Of a stretch of DNA of 64,000 bases, positions 61,045-64,000 are shown one piece after another. Below the pieces are notes generated by a model. The model did no database searches and was not told the DNA's origin. It saw only the letters and a list, made by a program, of their open reading frames with translations. Location of the stretch: positions 608,001-672,000 of the forward strand of contig CAVVMW010000021.1 in NCBI GenBank assembly GCA_963749495.1. Reading direction: 5' to 3'. The stretch comes from an uncultured bacterium (GTDB taxonomy: Bacteria; Verrucomicrobiota; Verrucomicrobiia; Limisphaerales; UBA8199). Made by a program: the position numbers and the translations under genes. How positions within the stretch are numbered: the stretch's first letter is position 1; each line of letters begins with the position of its first letter.

Positions 61045-63186
61045 ATGAGCACCAGGCCCACCTGCCCGCAATGCGGAGGGCGCATCCCGGAGGACGCGCC
61101 GGCGGGGCTGTGTCCCAGGTGCGTGGTGCAGATCGCTCGCGGGAGTCGCCTGCGGTATTTCGGCGACTACGAATTGCTGGGCGAGCTTGGCCGCGGCGGC
61201 ATGGGAGTGGTGTTTCACGCGTGGCAGATCAGCCTCAACCGCGCTGTGGCCGTGAAGGTGCTCGTGTTGGGCCGACTCTCCTCGAAGGAGGCGGTTCGTC
61301 GTTTTCACCTCGAGGCCGAAGCGGCGGCGCAATTGCAGCATCCCAACATTGTGGCCATCCACGAAATCGGTGAGCACGAGGGCCAGCACTTCTTTTCGAT
61401 GGACTACATCGAAGGGCCCAGCCTGGCCGCGCTGGTGGAGAAGGGGCCCCTGGCGCCCGAACGCGCGGCGCGCTATGTGCGCATCATCGCCGAAGCCGTT
61501 GAATATGCACACCAGCGCGGCGTGGTACACCGCGACCTCAAGCCGTCCAATATCCTGATCGACGCTTCCGACCAGCCGCACGTCACGGACTTTGGCCTGG
61601 CCAAGCGATTGAATGAGGCTGCCGATCTGACATTGTCCGGCCAATTGCTTGGGTCTCCCGGGTACATGCCGCCTGAGCAAGCCTCGGCCAAACGCGGCAA
61701 GGCCGGCGTCACCAGCGATGTCTATTCCCTGGGCGCCGTGCTGTACCACTTGCTCACGGGGCGCGCGCCATTTGTCGGCGATGATGTCAATGAGACCGTT
61801 GGCAAGGTTCTCCATGAACCTCCGGAGCCGCCTCGCGAACTCAATCCCGAAATCCCTCGTGACCTGGAAAGCATCTGCCTTAAATGTCTCCAGAAAGACC
61901 CCCAACTCCGCTACGAGGCAGCCAGCGCTCTGGCTGAAGACCTTGCTCGCTGGCAAATGGGCTTGCCTGTTTCGACGCGGCCTCTGAGCCTTCCGGCTAG
62001 GCTGTGGTGTTGGCGAGGGCGAAGACCGGCCCCAACCGACACTGCCGCTCTGGTAATCAGCTCGGTCGTTTTCTTTGGACTCGTTCTGCTCCTCGGACAT
62101 TTTCTTCTTCGACACAGTGAGTTTCACTCCACATTCAGAAGAACTGGAAACGCCGCTGAATCCAGACAGGCAGGGCTTGCTGCTGACCCGCGCTTGTCGA
62201 ATCTCCTTGGCAAGGTCGTCTTCTCATATCAACAAAAGGAGCAATCGCATTACGATCTCTGGTGGATAAACGCCGATGGCACGGGATTGGCGAACCTCAC
62301 GCAGACGCCGGATGAAGATGAGTTTGAACCCGTGGTCAGCCCGGACGGCCGATATGTTGCCTTCGCTGTTGTCGGTCATTCTCCTCCCACTTTGGATGGC
62401 ATTTACATCCAGGAGCTGGCGGGCCCGGGGAAACGGCAACTGGTCAACGCAGCGGATTATTCCAATTCCGAGGCATTTTGTCCACTTTGGCTGAACTCGA
62501 CCACCATCTTGTTTACGGCCACTACCGCCGTCGGCCGTTCCTCTGCCTACCGAGTGTCAACACTCGGCGGCGCCGCGCAGGTCATTTTCGCGTTTGTGGA
62601 CGCGTTGAACCTGGGCTCGGGCGCGGTCACTGATGTTGCGCCGGATCGCTCCCGGCTGCTGGTTTGCGCCCAAACCGGCACCTGGGCGCCAAGCCTGGAC
62701 GTTTATGCGGTCGGCGTGGATGGAAAGCACCCAGTGGTGTTGCACCAGGACCAACTGGACGAGCGGCGGGATCCAGTGGCCAAATGGTCGCCGCGCGGGG
62801 ACCAGGTCGCCTTCAGTCACTGGCTTACCCCTGGCGCCTATCACGACCCCGAGCATATGGGAGTCGCGGTTGTCCGGACGAACGGAAGTGGTTTCCAAGT
62901 ACTCACCCCGGACGCCCAGTTTTGCCATCTGCAGGCTTGGTCTCCCGATGGCGCCAGACTTCTCTTTCTGAAGTCCGACTACTATGCCGACCCGGCGGCC
63001 CACACCGCCAACACGGGCAATCTCTGGGTCATGGACGCCAACGGGTCCAACCAGGTGCAACTCACCCATCTGGACGGCTGGTTTCCGATGGAATATCAGG
63101 CCGTTGCGGCGGGGCCTCGCTCGCATTCCTGCTGGTTCTCAGGTTCGAAGTCAAGTGGCGGTCCGCCGGGGAAGATGCCCCCGTGA
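61045..63186 (+). CDS. Hanks-type Ser/Thr kinase with TM helix and TolB-like propeller
   Basis: N-terminal CxxC pair; LGRGGMGVV, HRDLKPSN, DFG and YMPPEQ; TM; SPDG repeats. Confidence 0.92.
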   Translation: MSTRPTCPQCGGRIPEDAPAGLCPRCVVQIARGSRLRYFGDYELLGELGRGGMGVVFHAWQISLNRAVAVKVLVLGRLSSKEAVRRFHLEAEAAAQLQHPNIVAIHEIGEHEGQHFFSMDYIEGPSLAALVEKGPLAPERAARYVRIIAEAVEYAHQRGVVHRDLKPSNILIDASDQPHVTDFGLAKRLNEAADLTLSGQLLGSPGYMPPEQASAKRGKAGVTSDVYSLGAVLYHLLTGRAPFVGDDVNETVGKVLHEPPEPPRELNPEIPRDLESICLKCLQKDPQLRYEAASALAEDLARWQMGLPVSTRPLSLPARLWCWRGRRPAPTDTAALVISSVVFFGLVLLLGHFLLRHSEFHSTFRRTGNAAESRQAGLAADPRLSNLLGKVVFSYQQKEQSHYDLWWINADGTGLANLTQTPDEDEFEPVVSPDGRYVAFAVVGHSPPTLDGIYIQELAGPGKRQLVNAADYSNSEAFCPLWLNSTTILFTATTAVGRSSAYRVSTLGGAAQVIFAFVDALNLGSGAVTDVAPDRSRLLVCAQTGTWAPSLDVYAVGVDGKHPVVLHQDQLDERRDPVAKWSPRGDQVAFSHWLTPGAYHDPEHMGVAVVRTNGSGFQVLTPDAQFCHLQAWSPDGARLLFLKSDYYADPAAHTANTGNLWVMDANGSNQVQLTHLDGWFPMEYQAVAAGPRSHSCWFSGSKSSGGPPGKMPP

Positions 63187-63333
63187 TGGGCCGCCAAAGA
63201 CGCGGCTTTCGGAGCAGGTGCTGAAACTTCACATTTTATGTAATCGCACGGCCATTTTGCCGTTTGAATGGATGGAGCCAGATGAATGAATCACTGGCCC
63301 GGCGTCTGAATCCGTAACCGAAACGGAGTCGCT

Positions 63334-63750
63334 ATGAACTGCGAGAACTGTGGAGCTGCCATTCCGGCCGGGGTGGTCCAGTGCACCCGTTGCGGAGCGA
63401 GCCTGGCGCCCAACCCGTCGCCAGCTCAGTTCGCCGCCCCAGCCGGCTCCGGCCCAATTCAGGTCATCGTCAACACAGGCCCGGCAGTGGCCACGGCGGC
63501 TCCGACGGTTGCGCAAGGCCAACCGAAATCGAAACTGGCCGCGGGCCTGCTCGGCATCTTCCTGGGTTGGGTCGGGGCTCACCGGTTCTATCTGGGATAT
63601 ACCGGCATTGGCTTGGTCCAGTTGCTCCTCACTCTCTTGACGTGTTTCTACGGGGCGCTCATCACGGGGCCCTGGGGATTGGTCGAGGGCATTATGATCC
63701 TGACCGGCGGCATCAACAAGGACGCCAACGGGCGGCCGTTGAAGGACTGA
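63334..63750 (+). CDS. Zinc-ribbon + TM2 domain protein
   Basis: CENCG...CTRCG; KSKLAAGLLGIFLG..GAHRFYLG. Confidence 0.9.
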   Translation: MNCENCGAAIPAGVVQCTRCGASLAPNPSPAQFAAPAGSGPIQVIVNTGPAVATAAPTVAQGQPKSKLAAGLLGIFLGWVGAHRFYLGYTGIGLVQLLLTLLTCFYGALITGPWGLVEGIMILTGGINKDANGRPLKD

Positions 63751-63761
63751 GGGCAGTCTCT

Positions 63762-64000
63762 ATGAAATACTCCCGTGCTACGACGTTCGGCAGCCTTGCC
63801 GTGTTGTTCCTGGCTGCGGCTGGAATCACGGCGGCCACCTTCTACAGCCTCATCACGCCGGACTACCGGGGCAAAACCTTCTACCAGGCCCTGGGTGGCT
63901 GCTGGCTGGCCGAGTTGATTTTCGCGGCATGTCTCGCCTTCACCCTCGTTGCGGGTCTTCAGTCCGGGGCGCCCGGTCAGGCCACACGGCGCCGCCTCCT
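63762..64000 (+). CDS. Hypothetical membrane protein, partial
   Basis: ATG at 63762 is open to the window end with two hydrophobic segments (MKYSRATTFGSLAVLFLAAAG...). Confidence 0.55.
   Translation, partial: MKYSRATTFGSLAVLFLAAAGITAATFYSLITPDYRGKTFYQALGGCWLAELIFAACLAFTLVAGLQSGAPGQATRRRL

Noticed and set aside
1..64000. tRNA, rRNA or riboswitch
   Set aside because: None recognised by eye; a covariance-model scan would be needed to exclude small RNAs.

Overview
GC-rich bacterial window, most consistent with a Verrucomicrobiota (Pedosphaera/Limisphaera-like) genome. This is inferred from prepilin/H-X9-DG proteins, TN-rich PA14/LamG/Ig exoproteins ending in an F[YF]R C-terminal domain, and an ECF sigma-Ser/Thr kinase pair. 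Region 1-40.5 kb is a rearranged, roughly triplicated cassette: large exoprotein, double FG-GAP/ASPIC-UnbV (CRTAC1-like) protein, SGNH-like/TPR protein, and PD40-TPR protein with CxxCH. It also holds decayed duplicate fragments around an ISAs1-type element. Region 41.9-51.7 kb is a co-oriented operon with hydrazine-synthase-like components (HzsA-like, plus a beta-propeller/cytochrome c peroxidase-like fusion), a CRTAC1-like protein, a propeller protein and two orphan periplasmic binding proteins. Region 52-64 kb has a rhomboid protease, a DUF3365-like cytochrome, LytS/LytTR, an asparagine-synthase-like plus radical SAM pair, a second prepilin-like gene, ECF sigma, kinase and a TM2 protein. At least nine palindromic repeat families are present, several inside reading frames. 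An SDF2-like MIR-domain gene sits between two REP doublets, one of which encloses an IS200-type TnpA remnant. About a dozen small frameshifts, mostly single-base and in short homopolymers, look like long-read assembly errors. All family assignments come from motif recognition, not database searches. No rRNA, tRNA or CRISPR array was seen.
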